DNA of 64,000 nt, taken from NCBI GenBank assembly GCA_030704615.1, contig CM060732.1, positions 41,726,001-41,790,000 of the forward strand, read 5' to 3'. This DNA is from Takakia lepidozioides (lineage: Eukaryota > Plantae > Bryophyta). The first letter of the stretch is position 1. Each line of letters opens with the position of its first letter. Below the pieces are notes generated by a model that worked only from the letters and a program-made list of their open reading frames with translations, was not told where the DNA came from and did no database searches. This document shows positions 61,100 through 64,000 of this stretch, in pieces. Position numbers and translations under genes: made by a program.

Positions 61100-64000
61100 T
61101 TGTACTCAAGCATTAAAGACAAGAAGACAAGAGGAGAAGATAGTGAAACAAATCTAGATAAAAGCTCTATATGTATTTCTGTTTATAAAAAGGTCTTCAT
61201 ATAGTGAGTAATGTAACTTTTCCTATTTATGATATTAATGGTCATGACTAATGACTAATGGTACTCCTAATATCTAGGATAGTACTAACACTTCATATCG
61301 TAACACTCCCCCTAAAGTGTTACACTTAACATCTGCATACAGTATAAATATTTTTCTCTAGATACGCTCTTCGTAAGAAAATCTGCAGCCATTTCCACAC
61401 CAGTACAATATTCTAATTTTAATTCTCCACTAAGTATTTTTTCTCTTATATAGTGGAATTGTATTTTAATATGTTTTGATCTCGAATGATATTTCGGATT
61501 CGCTGTTAACGCTATTGCGCTTTGATTATCGCACTTGATAATAGTAGCTGTTTGAGGTGCATGTCCCAAATCTGCCATTAACCTCTTAAGCCAAATGGCT
61601 TCTTTTGCCGCTAAAGTAGAGGCAATATACTCAGCCTCGGTTGGAATTTTTCTTCTAACCATTCTTTTACTTCAACTAATAATCCCTTAGGTTCATTGGT
61701 AAATATAAATAAATCATCTACATATAATGCTATAATTAGATAACTGTCCCCATCTCTTTGATATAGACGTTACTATCTGCTGTACATTTTTGGAAATCAG
61801 TTTTTATTAAATATGAATCTATCTTCATGTACCGTGATCTAGACGCCTGTTTTAAACTGTAAATGGACTTATGCAGTTTACATACTAAATGTTCTTTTCC
61901 CTTTTTAATGAACCCTTCCGGCAGCAAGTGGTAGGACAATAGGAGGGGTGACAGGTGTTTGAACTATAAAATATAAAGTCATTCACTCTCTCTTCAGTGT
62001 CTTCAATTTGATATGGTTTGACTCCTTCATTAAAGACTACGTCTCTACTCACTTTTGCAGTCTTAGTTGGCTCATGGTAAAGTCTATAGGCTTTGGAATT
62101 CTCATCATATCCAGTTAAAATGCATTTAAGACTTTTATGGTCTAATTTGGTTATGGTTTCATCCGGAATGTACATATAGGCTTCACTGCAAAAAATGCAA
62201 AGATCATGAGAAACTGTTGGCTTTCGGCCACTCCATTTTTCTTCAGGTGTCATTCCATTCACTGCGTTTGTAGGCAAACGCTTTTGATTATATGTAGCCG
62301 TGGCAACAGCTTCTGCCCAAAAGATCTTTGAAAGTCCAGCAAATTTTATCATACAACGTGCGCTTTCTACCAGATTGCGGTTTTTCCTTTCCGCAACTCC
62401 ATTTTGCTGTGGTGTATAACTGGCAGTCAGTTGTCGTGAAATACCATTATCTCTACAATAATCTTTAAACTTATTGGAAATATATTCCCCCCCACCATCT
62501 GTATGGAGAGTCTTTAGCTTCTTGGACGTATATACTTCAGCAAAGGTTCTAAAGATTTTAAAATATCCAAAAGTTTCACTCTTTAATTTGAGAAAATAGA
62601 TTTTTGTCCATCTCGACGCATCATCTATAAATGTTAAAAAATAAATGTACCCACGATGTGAGGGGATTGACATAGGACCACAAATATCGTTGTGAATCAA
62701 TTCTAAGACTTGTTCAACTCTATGTCCTCCTTGTGAAGGAAATTTATTTCTAGTTTGTTTTCCATATAAGCAACTAGAACATAGATTAATATGAGGATTA
62801 TGTGTTAAATTTATTCCATGCACATGTGGATGTGTGTGAAGCAATTTTAATTTCTTTATGCCTACATGCCCCAAGCGTAAGTGCCATAACTCAGAATCAT
62901 TGACTATGGTATGTTGTATAGCATTTGCTTCAAATTATCTAGGGTATTTTGACATACTGATTTACCAATTCTATAGAGTTTACCATCTTTGGGACAGATA
63001 GTAGCTATTTTCTTATGCTTTTTATCTATGACCATACAATGAATAGGGGAAAAAATAAAGTTGTATCCGGCATATGAGGCCTGACTAACATAAATTAAAT
63101 TTTTCTTTAACCCAAGTACAAATAGCACATTATCAATTGACTTTTCATCTCCTGTGGATAGCATTATCTTAATGGTACCCCGACCATGAATGGGGTGGCT
63201 ACAATTGTCGCATAAATACACTTGTTGTATAGGATCTAAACTGTGAAACGTGATAAAAACATGCTCGGTTGGCTGTCGTGTGCTGTGAAGCACCCGAATC
63301 TATATACCAGGAATCTTCAGCAATTTCAGCAGATAATGAAGTTACAAATAATTTGGTTTCTTGGGAAACTGAACTATTGGTATGACTATGACCATTTCTC
63401 CTTTCATCGGACATTTTCTTCCTACAATTTTGTATGTGGTGACCCTCCAATTTACAATAAAAACATCTCATAACTGATTTTCTTGGACCATTGGAAAAAT
63501 TACGACCAGTATTAAAATTATGACCAGTATTGAAGCTAGGACCAGGGCGATTAAATATGGATTTTTTATTGAATTTAAATGGTGGTCTATTAAATTTTCT
63601 TTCGCCATACAAAGCTGAAGTGGATGTATCATGATCTTCATCACGTCTCCTAAGTTCCTCCTCTTGGAGTAATTTAATTGTATCATTCAGTGTACCAATA
63701 TTGCCCATTTGGGCCATGACAATGCCCGCATATGATTTAGGCATGGATCCCAATAAATTGGCTATTGCATCATTATCACTGACAACAGTACCAGCGGTGG
63801 CTAGTTCATCCATAAGGTTACAGAATTTTTGACATGGGTTTTAACACTATGTCCTTCAAGCATTTTGATATTACAGAATCTCCTTGTGAGGAGATTTTTA
63901 CTAATAACATTAGTATCTTGATATTGTGAGGCTAATTTATTCCAGACCTTTGTGGAAGTCTTTAGGCTTTTGACATGAACTAATAAATTGTCTTTGACAC
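61100..64000 (-). mobile_element. Ty1/copia retrotransposon, degraded, running off the window end
   Basis: gag, CCHC knuckle, protease WYIDSGASQH, integrase (DGGGEY, TPQQNGVAER), partial RT and RNase H (TEAEY, CDNQSAI). A PPT abuts the 3' LTR at ~61305. The outer LTR edge is uncertain. Internal deletions are present. Confidence 0.92.

Noticed and set aside
1-64000. tRNA, rRNA or conserved miRNA genes
   Set aside because: None recognised by eye. A tRNAscan-SE or Rfam run would be needed to exclude them.

Overview
Eukaryotic nuclear DNA from a land plant with organellar C-to-U editing (many PLS-DYW PPR relics), most likely a seed-free lineage; the species cannot be fixed from sequence alone. 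Hand-spliced genes that look intact: a C2/inositol-5-phosphatase/C2 gene (+, 1931-5706), a single-coding-exon secreted protein I cannot assign (-, 12962-13729) and a divergent non-canonical PIN (-, 56499-60402). STT3B (+, 33457-38044) is complete except for one apparent 1-nt frameshift. The 5.7-28 kb stretch is a mosaic of direct and inverted duplications carrying intron-containing gene relics (2x RPS13, a split SLY1, a PPR-DYW, a broken paralog of the secreted protein). Paralogous empty sites in the window delimit two insertions exactly: an 814-bp TTAA/CCCTT piggyBac-like element and an 822-bp Helitron. A DINE-1/Helentron-like hairpin terminus with a compensatory base change and an ACGT array lies upstream of all three PPR-DYW pseudogenes in the same relative orientation. 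Also present: two degraded Ty1/copia elements, an L1-type LINE, an RTE-X-like LINE and several local tandem repeats. All alignments and family calls were made by eye, with no database searches.
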